Positions 63,102 to 64,000 of a stretch of 64,000 nucleotides of DNA are shown here, piece by piece. The position numbers and the translations under genes were made by a program. Source of the stretch: Zootoca vivipara (Eukaryota); NCBI RefSeq assembly GCF_963506605.1, contig NC_083292.1, positions 35,774,001-35,838,000 on the forward strand, written 5' to 3'. The notes under the pieces were generated by a model that was given only the letters and a program-made list of their open reading frames with translations, was not told where the DNA came from and searched no databases. Numbering within the stretch: the stretch's first letter is position 1; the number at the start of each line of letters is the position of its first letter.

Positions 63102-64000
63102 CAAGAAACATTCCACATATTAGCAAGGCAAACAGTGCTGTAAAATATGAAGCAGGTTAGACTCATCGTTTAGAGTTGGTTTTTATCGCTTCTGTCTTCC
63201 ACTTTGCCTTAACTTATTGCTCCAGAGTGAGCAATGGGTGGCTTTGTTCTTTCCACTGTGTTGAGTAAACATATACCATACAGTTTCCAAGTGATCTTTG
63301 GTCTTTATGTTTCTTGGTGCTCTAAAATGCTTCACTTGGTGTCTCCGCAAGAGCTATGTTCCATAGTCATCATGCTTCTGAAGCTAAACTAGTTGCTGTT
63401 TTCCAATGTTGTGTTTATGAATTTCTAGCTGCAGACCAAAAGACTGCTAGATCCTTCCACATTTAATTTTTATGGACATCTCTTAACAAATTAAGTAAAG
63501 CTAGCTTTTAATCAGGTTGTATCGCCTGCCTGTAATAAAAGATATCTCTTCAAAGGCAATTTCAAAAAATAACTGTATAAGTAATGCTCTAATATTCATT
63601 GACACAAGATTATCATATATACAGGTACCCAATGAGGCAACATTATTCGACTGTGTTAGTGAGAAAACATGGTTTTTTTGGGGGGGGGAATAGGTTTGAT
63701 GTATCCAGTGATGATGGGAGTTGTGATCCAGTAAAACATCTGGAGAACTACAGATTTAGCTGCCCTGTACTAGAAAATGGTGCCAGTAAATAAAGGATCA
63801 AATATTAAACTCACTTATTATATTAGCCATTCCTGGATTACACAAATTTCCAATCTCTCTCTAATTCATAATGCCAAAGTTGCCAACAAAATGCAAAATT
63901 TTTAAAAAATGTAATAAAATCCCTGAATAGCCACCTGTTTCCATATTCATTCTTACACAAGCATCAGAAATCCTATCCTCTGTCCCATCAATATGCAAGA

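Overview
Vertebrate (squamate) genomic DNA, most likely a lacertid lizard judging by the Sauria-SINE, Squam3-like SINE, L2, CR1 and BovB complement. The window is part of a corneous beta-protein (beta-keratin) gene array, expected to lie in the epidermal differentiation complex. Seven intact glycine-rich CBP genes (169-183 aa) alternate strictly in orientation (- + - + - + -). Each has a TATAAAA box, a short non-coding exon 1, one intron and a single coding exon. The array was built by a tandem duplication of a head-to-head gene pair plus at least two inverted duplications or conversions, so promoter, pre-core and C-terminal/3'UTR modules occur in mixed combinations. All three plus-strand genes carry a remnant of an earlier exon-2 start (AG + Kozak ATG + MVDCGP, ending as a 10-codon uORF) just upstream of the working acceptor. 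Intergenic DNA is dense with TEs: a full-length L1 one G away from intact, two non-autonomous Helitrons, hAT and Tc1/mariner MITEs with TSDs, and an inverted Penelope-like fragment with hammerhead-ribozyme cores. I see no prokaryote-type system, CRISPR array or true tRNA/rRNA gene. There is a 129-N assembly gap near the end. All comparisons were made by eye, and TE family names are pattern-based rather than database-verified.
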